From assembly GCA_030066885.1 (NCBI GenBank), contig JASJAT010000044.1, positions 4,138 through 68,137 on the forward strand: 64,000 nt of DNA. Reading direction: 5' to 3'. Each line of letters begins with the position of its first letter. The first letter of the stretch is position 1. Below, piece by piece: positions 51,829-62,519 of the stretch. The DNA is from Arenicellales bacterium (GTDB taxonomy: Bacteria; Pseudomonadota; Gammaproteobacteria; Arenicellales; JAANXG01). The translations under genes were made by a program, and so were the position numbers. The notes beneath the pieces are model-generated. The model ran no database searches. It saw only the letters and a program-made list of their open reading frames with translations, and was not told the origin of the DNA.

Positions 51829-53487
51829 ATGGCTAGAGAAAAGAGTGTATTGCTTGAAATTAAGGATTTGCACATCGAGGGGCGCGTCGATGAGAAATGG
51901 ATTGAAATCGTCCACGGTGTAGACCTTACCTTGCATCGTGGCGAAGTGTTGGGGTTGATCGGTGAATCGGGGGCCGGCAAATCCACCATCGGACTGGCCG
52001 CCATGGGATTTGCCCGTGACGGATGCCGAATTTCCGGCGGCAGTATCGAGTTCGACGGCATGGAACTGACTTCGACACCGGAGTCTGATTTGCGCGTGCT
52101 GAGGGGCTCACGAATCGCCTACGTGGCCCAGTCCGCCGCCGCCTCTTTCAATCCGTCACATAAGATCATAGACCAGTATACCGAAGCGCCGGTCCAATAC
52201 CGCATTCGAAAACGCATGGAAAGCCAGGAAGATGCCATTGAACTATACAGGAGATTGAGACTTCCCAACCCGGATGAAATCGGGTTCCGCTATCCACACC
52301 AAGTATCCGGGGGCCAGCTGCAGCGCGCCATGACGGCGATGGCCATGAGTTGCCGGCCGGACTTGATTATCTTTGATGAACCCACAACCGCTTTGGACGT
52401 CACCACGCAGATCGAGGTCCTGGCGGCGATACGCGACATCGTCGATCAATTCAACACTGCCGCAATTTATATTACTCATGATCTGGCGGTGGTGGCACAG
52501 ATGGCAGATACTATCAAGGTCTTACTGAAGGGCGACGAAGTCGAACAAGCCGATACACGGACCATGTTGGACTCGCCACAAGAAGAGTACACCAAGTCGC
52601 TGTGGGCGGTGCGCAGTTTTCGGAGTGCACAAAAAACCCCTGCCGATCCCAGCGAAACTCCCGTAGTATCCATGAAAAATGTGGATGCAGCCTACGGGGA
52701 CATTAAGGTCTTAGAGGACATTTCGTTTGATATACACAGCGGGCGGACGGTCGCTGTTGTGGGCGAATCCGGTTCGGGCAAGTCCACCGCGGCGCGCTGT
52801 ATCACTGGGCTACTCCCACCTACGTCCGGCACCATTGAGTTCAAGGGCGAGGTCCTGCCCGCGAGCTATAAGGACAGAACAAAAGACCAGTTACGTCAGG
52901 CCCAGATGATCTATCAAATGGCCGATACTGCATTGAATCCGAAGAAACGCATCAGCGAAATCATCGGCAGGCCGGCGGCTTTCTACGGAAACCTCAAGGG
53001 CGCCGATCTGAAGAAACGAGTTGACGAACTTCTCGACCTGATTGAACTAGAACCACGCCAGTTCTACGAACGCTTCCCGGCCGAACTCTCGGGCGGTCAG
53101 AAGCAACGTATCGGGATAGCCAGGGCCCTGGCCGCGGATCCGACCTTCATCATCTGCGACGAGGTGACGAGCGCGCTCGATCAACTCGTCGCCGAAGGAA
53201 TCCTGCGCCTGCTGGATAACCTGCAACAGGAACTTAATCTGGCCTATATGTTCATCACCCATGACCTTGCGACGGTGAGGGCGATTGCCGACGAAGTCGT
53301 GGTCATGAAAGACGGCAGAATCATTGAAAAAGGGCCCAAAGACGAAATGTTCACACCACCGCACGATCCATATACCGACCTGTTGCTGTCGTCGGTACCG
53401 GAAATGGATCCGGACTGGTTGACCACGTTGCTCGAGGAGCGCGGTGTGGACAATGTGGGCGAAGCGGCCAGAGACCACCAGAGCTAA
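51829..53487 (+). CDS. fused double ATP-binding protein (DppD/DppF-like)
   Basis: 552 aa with two Walker A motifs (GESGAGKST, GESGSGKST) and two signatures (VSGGQLQRAMTAMAM, LSGGQKQRIGIARAL). Confidence 0.93.
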   Translation: MAREKSVLLEIKDLHIEGRVDEKWIEIVHGVDLTLHRGEVLGLIGESGAGKSTIGLAAMGFARDGCRISGGSIEFDGMELTSTPESDLRVLRGSRIAYVAQSAAASFNPSHKIIDQYTEAPVQYRIRKRMESQEDAIELYRRLRLPNPDEIGFRYPHQVSGGQLQRAMTAMAMSCRPDLIIFDEPTTALDVTTQIEVLAAIRDIVDQFNTAAIYITHDLAVVAQMADTIKVLLKGDEVEQADTRTMLDSPQEEYTKSLWAVRSFRSAQKTPADPSETPVVSMKNVDAAYGDIKVLEDISFDIHSGRTVAVVGESGSGKSTAARCITGLLPPTSGTIEFKGEVLPASYKDRTKDQLRQAQMIYQMADTALNPKKRISEIIGRPAAFYGNLKGADLKKRVDELLDLIELEPRQFYERFPAELSGGQKQRIGIARALAADPTFIICDEVTSALDQLVAEGILRLLDNLQQELNLAYMFITHDLATVRAIADEVVVMKDGRIIEKGPKDEMFTPPHDPYTDLLLSSVPEMDPDWLTTLLEERGVDNVGEAARDHQS

Positions 53488-53646
53488 GATACGGAGTGGA
53501 AGATCCATCGCCCGATTTCTCGCATGATTAGGGGTAATCCTTTTGTGCTCTCGCCAAGGCGGTAGGAAGCGCCCACTTGCGCCGATAGCAATATCTGGCA
53601 TTACCGGATCCTGGCGCCAGTCAACCAAGTTTGGAGTCTTTACAAA

Positions 53647-54951
53647 ATGAGTGAGCAGGCTGACGCAGTTATCATCGGTGCGGGTGTCATAGGTGCGGCC
53701 ATTGCGTTCGAAATGAACAAAGCGGGTTACCGCACCCTATCCATTGACAAGAATCCGGCGGCTGGATACGGGCCAACCAGCGGTTCGTGTGCCATTATTC
53801 GTGTGCACTACTCCACGTTAGAAGGCACAGCATTCGCGTACGAAGGGTATTTCTACTGGCGGGATTGGGCGGAATATCTAGAAGTTACAGATGAGCGTGG
53901 CCTGGCGGAATTCCGTGAAGTGGGGTGCCTTGTGATGCGCACCAAACAGAACGGGTTTCTAAATAAACATATTGCACTGTGTAAGGAACTCGGTGTTCCG
54001 TTTGAAATTTGGGACGAAGCTGAGATTACAAAGCGCCTTCCGATCTATGATTTAACCAGTTATTGGCCCGCTAAGCAGATGAACGATGAGGGTTTTGGAG
54101 AACCGGGCGCCGGGCGTGTCGAAAGTGGGGTATTTTTCCCCACGGCCGGTTATGTCACCGACCCACAACTGTCCACTCACAATCTGCAGCGAGCAGCTGA
54201 AGCTAAAGACGGCCGTTTCATTTTTAACAGGAGAGTGGTCGAAATAATGCAAGAAAATGGTCGGGTAAGCGGCGTTAGATTGGATGACAACAGTCGGGTT
54301 CACGCTCCGATCGTAGTGAATGTGGCTGGCCCGGCATCTGCAAAGATCAATGAAATGGCTGGTGCTCTGGGCGACATGACGATAACCACACGCCCGTTGC
54401 GCCAAGAGGTAGTACATGTCCCTTCACCTCAGGACTTTGACTTTTTCAACCAGGCTCCGGTGATTTCGGACAGCGACATCGCATGTTATTGCCGGCCCGA
54501 GCAGGGCAACCACATTTTAATCGGCAGCGAAGACCCTGAATGTGACCAAAAGGAATGGGTTGACGATGAGGAATACAACCGGGAATTCACCGACCAGTGG
54601 ACGCTTCAGGCATATCGTTATGCACAACGTGTGCCGGGCCTCGAGATCCCCAGCCGCTTAAAGGGTGTTGTTGACCTTTACGATGTGACGGAAGATTGGA
54701 TACCGATTTATGACAAATCGATGATCCCTGGCTTCTACATGGCCATAGGATCTAGTGGTAACCAGTATAAGAATGCACCGATCGCAGGCAAAATGATGGC
54801 GGCGTTGATCGACTATTGTGAAAAGGGAAACGATCATGATGAGGTGCCACTTCGCTTTGAGCTGCCCTATACCAAACGATCGATGGACGTTGGCTTCTAC
54901 TCGCGCAAGCGCAGCATCAATCAAGAAAGTAGTTTCTCGGTGCTGGGTTAG
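53647..54951 (+). CDS. FAD-dependent oxidoreductase (DAO / sarcosine-oxidase-beta-like)
   Basis: 434 aa with the N-terminal dinucleotide fold AVIIGAGVIGAAIAFE. Confidence 0.82.
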   Translation: MSEQADAVIIGAGVIGAAIAFEMNKAGYRTLSIDKNPAAGYGPTSGSCAIIRVHYSTLEGTAFAYEGYFYWRDWAEYLEVTDERGLAEFREVGCLVMRTKQNGFLNKHIALCKELGVPFEIWDEAEITKRLPIYDLTSYWPAKQMNDEGFGEPGAGRVESGVFFPTAGYVTDPQLSTHNLQRAAEAKDGRFIFNRRVVEIMQENGRVSGVRLDDNSRVHAPIVVNVAGPASAKINEMAGALGDMTITTRPLRQEVVHVPSPQDFDFFNQAPVISDSDIACYCRPEQGNHILIGSEDPECDQKEWVDDEEYNREFTDQWTLQAYRYAQRVPGLEIPSRLKGVVDLYDVTEDWIPIYDKSMIPGFYMAIGSSGNQYKNAPIAGKMMAALIDYCEKGNDHDEVPLRFELPYTKRSMDVGFYSRKRSINQESSFSVLG

Positions 54952-55075
54952 AACATGAGGGGAATCATTGCTCCAACGCTTATAAAGTTAAGCAATATGA
55001 GCAAATTTTGATCCAGAGCATGGCCAAGGCCTGGATATTCTGATCTACTTGGTCTAAATCGCATAGGTACAGGCA

Positions 55076-57334
55076 ATGCAGCAAAAAGCAGGGCTATATG
55101 AGAAGAGTCTGGTAAATCTGATGACGTTAAATGAAGAGGCCGTTACTGAGGCCAATCTGACACCGCCGTCCACACAGTCGGATGTACGGGAAGAGCCGGA
55201 GCTAGTTGCCGATCTCTCGGATGCGGAATTCTATCTGAACCGCGAGCTGACCTGGCTCGAGTTTAACCGGCGGGTTTTACACGAAGCGCAGGACGAACAA
55301 ACCCCGTTGCTCGAGCGGATCAAGTTCGTTGCCATTGTCAGCTCCAATCTGGACGAGTTTTTTATGAAAAGGATTGGTGGCTTGAAACAGCAAGTTGGCG
55401 CCGGGATGCAGGAATTGACGGTTGATGGGCGCTCCCCCAAGGAGCAGATCAAAGAATGCAGGGAAGTGGTAAGGGATATCGAAGCGCAGAAAGACGCGCT
55501 GCTGCCTAAGTTGCTGCAAAAACTACGCGAACAGGACATACGGATCCTCAAATATTCAGAGCTCAGCGACAGTGCAAAGCAGAAGTTGCGAGATTACTAT
55601 TTTGAAAACATTTTTCCGCTAGTAACTCCGCAGTCGGTGGATCCTGCCCACCCATTTCCTTTCATTTCCAATCTTTCCCTGAACCTGTTGGTGACTTTGC
55701 GTTACCCCGACGATGAGCAGATCCATCTGGCCAGGGTCAAGGTGCCGGTTGGGCATGTGCCTCGATTTTTAAGGCCTGGTGAAGAGGAGCATTACGTTCC
55801 GGTAGACGAGGTAATGCGCAACAATCTGGACTTGTTGTTTCCAGATATGGAGATCCTGGGGTGTGAGCGATTTCACGTCACCCGCAACGCCAGCACAGAG
55901 CGCGATGAGGGCAAAGCCAACGACTTGCTGGAAATGATTGAATCTGAACTGAGAGACCGTAAATTTGCCCCTATAGTGAGGGTGGTGGTCGAGAAGGGAA
56001 TGAATTCATATCGCCGTGGATTGTTGGCTGCAGAGCTCAAGCTAGATCAGGACTTAGATGTCTATGAAACCGACGCCATGATGGCGATGCGGGATCTTTT
56101 TCAGATCGCTACAATCGCGCGCCCTGATTTACATGATCCCCCTCATCACCCCGCGGATAACCAGATTCTCGTTCAGGAACCGCGAAGTATCTTCTACTCT
56201 ATTCGAGAGGCCGGCTCGATACTGTTACAACATCCTTACGAATCGTTCTCGAGTAGCGTGGAAAGATTGATCGAGGAGGCAAGTCAGGATCCCAAGGTGT
56301 ATGCGATCAAGATGACCTTATACAGAACGTCAACCGAGAGCAGAATAATCGATCTGTTAATAGACGCTGCACAAAACGGCAAGCAGGTTGCGGTCGTGGT
56401 CGAACTCAAAGCGCGCTTTGATGAGGCGGCCAATATCCGTTTGGCAAGTCGAATGGAAGAGACGGGTATCCACGTTACGTATGGTGTGGTTGGGCTCAAA
56501 ACCCATTGTAAGGTGATACTGGTAGTACGGCGCGACTACGACGGTTTGCGCCGATATGTCCATATTGGCACCGGCAACTATCACTCCGAAACAGCCAGGT
56601 TGTATAGCGATTTGGGCCTTTTGACCTGTGACGAGGATACCGGTCGGGATGTAACGGAATTATTTAATTACCTGACCACGGGGTACAACCCAAAACGGGC
56701 GTATAAACGCATTTTACCCGCCCCCAAACACCTCAAAGATGGATTGCTGGCTAAGATTCAGCGTGAGATTGACGTTCACAATGAAGGACACTCCGGTTTG
56801 ATCCGGTTCAAGACAAACGCATTGGAAGACGTCGATATAGCGCGGGCCCTATATCGGGCATCCCAAGCCGGCGTCAAAATTGAGTTGATTGTTCGTGACA
56901 CCTGCCGGTTACGGCCTGGAATACCTGGTTTATCCGACAATATAACTGTTATCGGGATTGTCGGACGGTTTCTTGAGCACTCCAGGATCTACTATTTCCA
57001 GAACGGTGGCGACGAGGAGTACTACATTGGATCAGCGGATTTGATGAAACGGAATCTGGAGAGCCGGGTCGAAGTGATGGTTCAAGTCAGTGCGCCTGAG
57101 CTGCGTAAAGAGCTTCAGGCGTTTCTGGAAGCTCAACTAACGGATCAGCGCAGCGCGTGGGATATGCAGTCGAATGGCAGGTACATTCAGCGTCAACCGA
57201 GCGAACCAAGCACTTTGGGGAGTCAGGATATCCTGATCAATAAGGCGAAAGAACGTCTTATAGTGGCGCAAGAACACGACTCTCTAAGGACCCTGGCGTC
57301 GATCGGCCAGAGCAATCCGAATCCGAGGCACTAG
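55076..57334 (+). CDS. ppk: polyphosphate kinase 1
   Basis: 752 aa with FYLNRELTWLEFNRRVLHEA, SNLDEFFMKR, THCKVILVVRR and GTGNYH. The start could alternatively be ATG 55121. Confidence 0.95.
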   Translation: MQQKAGLYEKSLVNLMTLNEEAVTEANLTPPSTQSDVREEPELVADLSDAEFYLNRELTWLEFNRRVLHEAQDEQTPLLERIKFVAIVSSNLDEFFMKRIGGLKQQVGAGMQELTVDGRSPKEQIKECREVVRDIEAQKDALLPKLLQKLREQDIRILKYSELSDSAKQKLRDYYFENIFPLVTPQSVDPAHPFPFISNLSLNLLVTLRYPDDEQIHLARVKVPVGHVPRFLRPGEEEHYVPVDEVMRNNLDLLFPDMEILGCERFHVTRNASTERDEGKANDLLEMIESELRDRKFAPIVRVVVEKGMNSYRRGLLAAELKLDQDLDVYETDAMMAMRDLFQIATIARPDLHDPPHHPADNQILVQEPRSIFYSIREAGSILLQHPYESFSSSVERLIEEASQDPKVYAIKMTLYRTSTESRIIDLLIDAAQNGKQVAVVVELKARFDEAANIRLASRMEETGIHVTYGVVGLKTHCKVILVVRRDYDGLRRYVHIGTGNYHSETARLYSDLGLLTCDEDTGRDVTELFNYLTTGYNPKRAYKRILPAPKHLKDGLLAKIQREIDVHNEGHSGLIRFKTNALEDVDIARALYRASQAGVKIELIVRDTCRLRPGIPGLSDNITVIGIVGRFLEHSRIYYFQNGGDEEYYIGSADLMKRNLESRVEVMVQVSAPELRKELQAFLEAQLTDQRSAWDMQSNGRYIQRQPSEPSTLGSQDILINKAKERLIVAQEHDSLRTLASIGQSNPNPRH

Positions 57335-57417
57335 TCGCTGGAATGGGGGCGAGGACGTCACTCGCCAAAGGTGGATTTGAGGATTTGAGTTTTAGGTAAA
57401 GGGTTTACTGACCCCGG

Positions 57418-57933
57418 TCATTTAACCACGAGACAGGGGCACTTTGAGTGTTGTACCAATTTATGGGACACACTGCCCAACAGCAGGCTCTTAAGGTCCC
57501 CAACTCCACGGCTGCCGATAACGATCAAGCTGGCATTCTCATCTTCGGCGCACTGCAGAATTGCCTCGGCCGGATCACCATCGAGAATGCGTTGCTGAAT
57601 ATCCTCAATACCGTGTGCGGAGTCTGCCGCGTTTTTCAGAAGGAATTGCCCGAACCGCTCCAATGTTTCATCTGGCACGACCTCAACCGGGGCAGCCACT
57701 CCGGCGGCAGTTGCGACCGGCATGATTTCCACATCGGCGATATCGCTTTTCACCTCTTCCAGAAAGCCTTTGCTCTCTGCGAGTTCGCGCATGGCCGGGA
57801 CCGAGGTCCCACGTAACAGCACATGGACCAGAATGAGCCTAGCGTCATGCTTTCTAGCCAGTTCGGAGGCATATTGGAGGGCATGCTCTGATGGCTCTGT
57901 TCCATCAACTGGCGAGATGATCGTGTTAAACAT
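57418..57933 (-). CDS. universal stress protein (UspA family)
   Basis: 171 aa with C-terminal LIVIGSRGVGDLKSLLLGSVSHKLVQHSKCPCLVV. Confidence 0.9.
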   Translation of the reverse strand: MFNTIISPVDGTEPSEHALQYASELARKHDARLILVHVLLRGTSVPAMRELAESKGFLEEVKSDIADVEIMPVATAAGVAAPVEVVPDETLERFGQFLLKNAADSAHGIEDIQQRILDGDPAEAILQCAEDENASLIVIGSRGVGDLKSLLLGSVSHKLVQHSKCPCLVVK

Positions 57934-58270
57934 AAAGTCCTCCTTCTATAGGAGTTCTATTACCCCTTAATTTTATCAAATTGGGTTGAACGCTCTTAAA
58001 CAAAATCTCTGCAGGCCACTTCGGCACATGGTGCAACATTCCAGGCCGATCTTGTCCGGAAACTGGCCCAAAAGTAGGGTATAAATCGTTATCGACATAA
58101 ATAGATTAGTTTATTTGTATTTATTATACTACTGACTAATTCTCGCATTAGATACACCTGTAAAACGACGTTACTGCAACAATTCTAGGACTAGCTGGAC
58201 CAAAACCAATCATAAATCAAGTTATAGTCAGTATTATCCTATTATAATTATGAATATATGATAAGTGCTT

Positions 58271-58801
58271 ATGAGTAGTCTTCGCGACAAAAATCTACTC
58301 CTTCTCGGTATTCTGAGTATGCAGAGCGTCCACGGCTACCAACTGAACGAGCTTTTAAAAGCCCCGACGAATGGAATACAGATTGGTAGAGCGAATGCGT
58401 ATAGACTACTGGCGAAACTGGAGCAAAAGGGCTGGGTCACCCACAAAGAGGAACGTGAGGGGAGTCGCCCGCCTCGCCAGGTATACTCGATCACACCGGA
58501 AGGTGAAGCAGAATTTGATAGTCTTCTTCGCAAGCGCCTGTCTGATCATGAACCGGGAGAGCATCCAGACGGGGTTTCACTGAACTTCATCGGTGCTTTG
58601 AAACCCAAAAAAGCCAGCGCACTACTCAAGCGGCGCCTCGAACTCTTAGAGAAGCGTTTTGCTGCGCTCGATGAATTCCCCGACGATGTTCGTGCGGCAC
58701 ACCCCGGGCTGGACTACCTCATACGTCAGTCAGAACTGGAAAGAGACTTCATATCAGGGCTGATCAAGAGGCTTAAGAAAAAGAATCCAAACAGAGTATA
58801 A
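58271..58801 (+). CDS. PadR-family transcriptional regulator
   Basis: Winged-helix segment LLGILSMQSVHGYQLNELL...YRLLAKLEQKGWVTHKEE...RQVYSITPEG. ATG 58271 is preferred over the track GTG 58265. Confidence 0.85.
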   Translation: MSSLRDKNLLLLGILSMQSVHGYQLNELLKAPTNGIQIGRANAYRLLAKLEQKGWVTHKEEREGSRPPRQVYSITPEGEAEFDSLLRKRLSDHEPGEHPDGVSLNFIGALKPKKASALLKRRLELLEKRFAALDEFPDDVRAAHPGLDYLIRQSELERDFISGLIKRLKKKNPNRV

Positions 58802-58834
58802 GTTTAGTATCTAATAATATTAGAATGGATTGAT

Positions 58835-61066
58835 TTATTTGCCAGTCAAGATCACCGTGTCCCCTGTTTCTCCTGCCGTAAGCCGGTCTAGATGAAACTG
58901 CGCCAGTGAGTCGTTCGGATAAATCTCCAGTAACTCCCTGAACTTCTCTTCAGCCACGGGGTCCTTATTAGCCATTGAATCATAAGCTTCCAAATACGCT
59001 TGCACGTTTGGTGAGTGGTATTCTGCTTCCGACAACGGTTCAAATGTTTTGAGTCCCGAGGACCGGCCCTTTAACACCAATTTTCCAATAGGGCGCCCGA
59101 AAAAATTATCAACTAGATCGGCGGTGTATTCGCTCACTGCGATGTGAGTACCAAAGTATTTGTTGGCCCCCTCCAAACGGGCTGCCGTGTTGACGGCGTC
59201 GCCGTGAGCGGTGTAGTCAAACATGAGCTCACTACCGAAGTTGCCAACCGTTGCTATCCCGGTATTCACTCCAATCCTGGTGATCCCGACCTCAGTACCC
59301 CTTTCTTTCATCTTGGCCCGAAATGACTCCGAATAACGATCCATATCGAAAGCACACAGAACGGCTCTTAGCGCGTGGTCAGGCTGGTCCAATGGGGCGC
59401 CAAACATAGCGTGTACAGCGTCTCCTACGACTTTGTCGATAGTCCCCTCACGCTGCCAGACGATACGAGTCATCCCATCCAGGTATTCATTCAGCACTGG
59501 AATGATTTGGTCTGGCCTGGATGCCTCTACCAATCCGGTGAAGCCTGCCAAGTCTGTGAAAACAAAAGACATTTCCCGGCGTTCTCCGCCGACACCGAGT
59601 AACTCTGGGTTCTCGGTAAGTTGTTTGGCTAAGTTCGGCGAGAAATACCGCCTCAGATGGGCCAGTGATTCGCGTACTTTCATCCGGTCTAATAATTTAG
59701 GTGCGATATCGTTGAAAACGGAACTCAACTGTCCAATCTCATCTTTTGAGCGTACCGGTACCCTTATTTGAAAGTCTCCTTGGGCCAATTTTTGTGCCGC
59801 CCGAGCGAGATCGGTCACGGGCTCGGTTATAGAGCGAGAGCTGCCCCAGGCGGCTGCGATGACTAATCCCGTCAAGACAATAACGAAGACACCGACCACT
59901 GAAATCAAGCCAAGCGTCTGACTTATTACATAATCTTTGGCTTTCTGTACTTGCTCTACTACGTCTGCAAATGGAAAGACAATAACCAAGGCGACGGCTC
60001 GTTTTTCAAAATCGTTTTGGAAGATCCCATATGCCCATACCGTTTCCTCTCCCTCATAGGGGAAGCGCTTCACCCCTGACGTGCCGGCAGCGATATCATT
60101 GACCAGGGACTCAAACACCGGGTGGTCTATAGCGAGGAGTCGACTCTCCGGTACTTGACGCCAATCCGTGGGCTCCACATCGAGGCTTGCCAAAAGTTGG
60201 AGAGAACTTTGTTCCAGGCTTGGTTCCGCCCTGGCGATAAAGACACTTGAGTTTTCTGATGCCTTTACCCTCAGGCGGACTTGGTTCAGCAGGGCCTGAA
60301 CCGGTACATCAATTGCAGTTACACCGGCCAAACGACCATCCGGGTAGAAAACTGGCCTGGAGGCGGTAGCAATGGCTTGCTTGGTAGTGGCATCGATTAC
60401 CAGACTGTTCCACACCGTATCTCCCACAGCCACTGCTTTTTTATACCAGCTCCGGTTTCTTCCGTCGTAGTCCTCGGGGTAACCACCGTGCCCCGGAAAT
60501 GACGAGTGCACGCCATTCTCTAGACTGGTATAGATCCAATAGAACAAATCCGGATGTCTGTCGTATCCGGACTTGTAGGTGGGAGTGAGCGCCGACATTC
60601 GGAGGATGCTGTCACCCACTTCGTCCGGTTCGACATCCGGCGCCAGCTTAATGACCTGCGCCTCGGTGCTGATCTCCAACGGTTTGAGCCGTCCCGTTTG
60701 TGTTTTCTCAAAATGGCGAGTGGAGGCTTGAATACGGACCGCAGAAACACGGCCCGCGTCGAAATCCTCCGCTAAGTACGAGGATCCGCTGAATATATCT
60801 TTCTTGCGCAGAGCGTCCTCCACTGAATCGGCCAGAACTTGCAACCAAGCCTCTACCAATTCTTGCTTCTGCGCGAGCATTCGAACGTTGTATTGAACCA
60901 TCAGTTGCAGCTGACTCTTCATTCTCTGCTGGAGCCCGTCTCCGATTTGCTCGGCAAGTGTATTGCCCATGTTGCGTACAGTGGCAAATCCGTAAAAGGT
61001 GACAAACAGCAGCGGGGTGACAGCGATCACCAAAAGCAAAATCAGCAGTTTGCCTCTAATCTGCAT
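58835..61066 (-). CDS. class III adenylate/guanylate cyclase with periplasmic Cache-like sensor and HAMP
   Basis: 743 aa: N-terminal TM, large periplasmic domain, second TM, HAMP (ITEPVTDLARAAQKLAQGDF) and a cyclase core (MSFVFTDLAGFTGL, KVVGDAVHAMFGAP, RIGVNTGIATVGNFGS). Confidence 0.88.
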   Translation of the reverse strand: MQIRGKLLILLLVIAVTPLLFVTFYGFATVRNMGNTLAEQIGDGLQQRMKSQLQLMVQYNVRMLAQKQELVEAWLQVLADSVEDALRKKDIFSGSSYLAEDFDAGRVSAVRIQASTRHFEKTQTGRLKPLEISTEAQVIKLAPDVEPDEVGDSILRMSALTPTYKSGYDRHPDLFYWIYTSLENGVHSSFPGHGGYPEDYDGRNRSWYKKAVAVGDTVWNSLVIDATTKQAIATASRPVFYPDGRLAGVTAIDVPVQALLNQVRLRVKASENSSVFIARAEPSLEQSSLQLLASLDVEPTDWRQVPESRLLAIDHPVFESLVNDIAAGTSGVKRFPYEGEETVWAYGIFQNDFEKRAVALVIVFPFADVVEQVQKAKDYVISQTLGLISVVGVFVIVLTGLVIAAAWGSSRSITEPVTDLARAAQKLAQGDFQIRVPVRSKDEIGQLSSVFNDIAPKLLDRMKVRESLAHLRRYFSPNLAKQLTENPELLGVGGERREMSFVFTDLAGFTGLVEASRPDQIIPVLNEYLDGMTRIVWQREGTIDKVVGDAVHAMFGAPLDQPDHALRAVLCAFDMDRYSESFRAKMKERGTEVGITRIGVNTGIATVGNFGSELMFDYTAHGDAVNTAARLEGANKYFGTHIAVSEYTADLVDNFFGRPIGKLVLKGRSSGLKTFEPLSEAEYHSPNVQAYLEAYDSMANKDPVAEEKFRELLEIYPNDSLAQFHLDRLTAGETGDTVILTGK

Positions 61067-61203
61067 TTCTGATGTTGCTTGAATAAGCTGGTCGCATTGA
61101 ATTCAATAACCTGTTTGAGAGACCAGTGGAAAGCGCATGACACCTTTACTCCTGAGGGGCTCTCTCCTGCCCGCGTTCGGCGTCCGAGCTAGAGCCAGAA
61201 ATC

Positions 61204-62424
61204 TTAGGCTGCGGGCGGGGTGTGCGCAACGCCGGCCGCATTGCCGGAAAACGAGTGGAACTTAATGGTCACGGTCTGCAGGGTTGCCAGTATGGCAAGC
61301 CCTGCCGCTAATACATAGGCGTAAGACAGGTTCAGCTCACCAACAAAACCGGCCAGCATAGCCCCTAGCGCACCCACTCCATCCAGCACAGCGAACACAA
61401 CCCCTAGCGTTGTGGATTCGGATTCTGCGGAAAACTCCACAGCAGCGGCCAGTACCACCGGTCGTACTGCTGTCAACAGGGTCGCCGCAACCAGTAACAT
61501 GACGACGAAACTGATCAGTCCGGCGGACATTGCGGCTAACACTGAAAAAGCACCGGATAGGGTCATGATCACCAAAATGACGGATTTGCGACCGATACGA
61601 TCCGACAGACGCCCGGTAAACGGTTGGAACAACGTCCCGACTAATAGCATCGCGGCAAACACCACGCCAGACTGGAAAGGACTTAGTCCATGTCCAGCCT
61701 GAAGATACAGGGGGGTCATGCTGAGAATGGCGAAAAACGACATGTTATAGAGAATCATCATCGCTATCAGGCTAAATCCCTGGCGAGTACCCCAACGCTT
61801 CAGCAGGTTTATGAGGTCCAGCTTTGAGATCTTCCGTTGAGAAGTGATAACGATACGCTTGGCTATTGGGATGAAGGCCAAACCCATGACCACGGCTGGA
61901 ATCACCAAAATTTGCATGCTGGTGCGCCAGTCAAAGTAGCCCAATAGCAGCCCTGCGGTGAGCGGGCCCAATACTTCCGCACCGATGCTGCCCCCCATAG
62001 CGTGTATACCGAGCACCTGAGCCTTTTTTTGCGGCATCTGTTTTACCAATACACCGGTAGCAACTGGGTGCCAGAAGGCGTCACCCATCACGCCGAACGC
62101 AAACAACAGTGTGACCGCCCAAAATCCATCGGCCAACGTGGCGCAAAAATACCCTACTGCCACCCACCAGAAAGTAATCAGGAGCAGGGTCCCCTGCTTG
62201 GCGAACCGGTCTGCGGCAATCCCAGCCGGGATGTAGGTCAATCCTGCGCCAATACCGTTCACCGCCAGAAGCAAACCCACTTCTGCAGGTCCCAGCCCCA
62301 TACTGGCTGCCACAGCGGGGGCGATTAACCAGATGGTTCCCCCAACCCAATCATTGGCGAGGTGCCCCAGTGCCAGGCTGGTGAGCAAGAAATCTCTATG
62401 CTTCTTTCTTTGTATATTGGCCAC
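61204..62424 (-). CDS. MFS transporter
   Basis: 406 aa, ~12 TM helices, MFS loop motif GRLSDRIGRK, GTG start. Confidence 0.85.
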   Translation of the reverse strand: MANIQRKKHRDFLLTSLALGHLANDWVGGTIWLIAPAVAASMGLGPAEVGLLLAVNGIGAGLTYIPAGIAADRFAKQGTLLLITFWWVAVGYFCATLADGFWAVTLLFAFGVMGDAFWHPVATGVLVKQMPQKKAQVLGIHAMGGSIGAEVLGPLTAGLLLGYFDWRTSMQILVIPAVVMGLAFIPIAKRIVITSQRKISKLDLINLLKRWGTRQGFSLIAMMILYNMSFFAILSMTPLYLQAGHGLSPFQSGVVFAAMLLVGTLFQPFTGRLSDRIGRKSVILVIMTLSGAFSVLAAMSAGLISFVVMLLVAATLLTAVRPVVLAAAVEFSAESESTTLGVVFAVLDGVGALGAMLAGFVGELNLSYAYVLAAGLAILATLQTVTIKFHSFSGNAAGVAHTPPAA

Positions 62425-62519
62425 CCTGTTTCGCCACCCTTAAAAAGCCATAGTACTTGCAAACAAACTCCAGGAGTCGGTCATAACCTGTCCGAATCAA
62501 AAATCAATGAGGATCTGTA

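Noticed and set aside
57373-57388. Perfect 8-bp tandem duplication GGATTTGA GGATTTGA, plus the hairpin GGCGAG...CTCGCC (57348-57366), between ppk and usp.
   Set aside because: The hairpin has no U-tract on either strand and the duplication is minimal. At best it is a weak convergent terminator and is not worth a separate claim.
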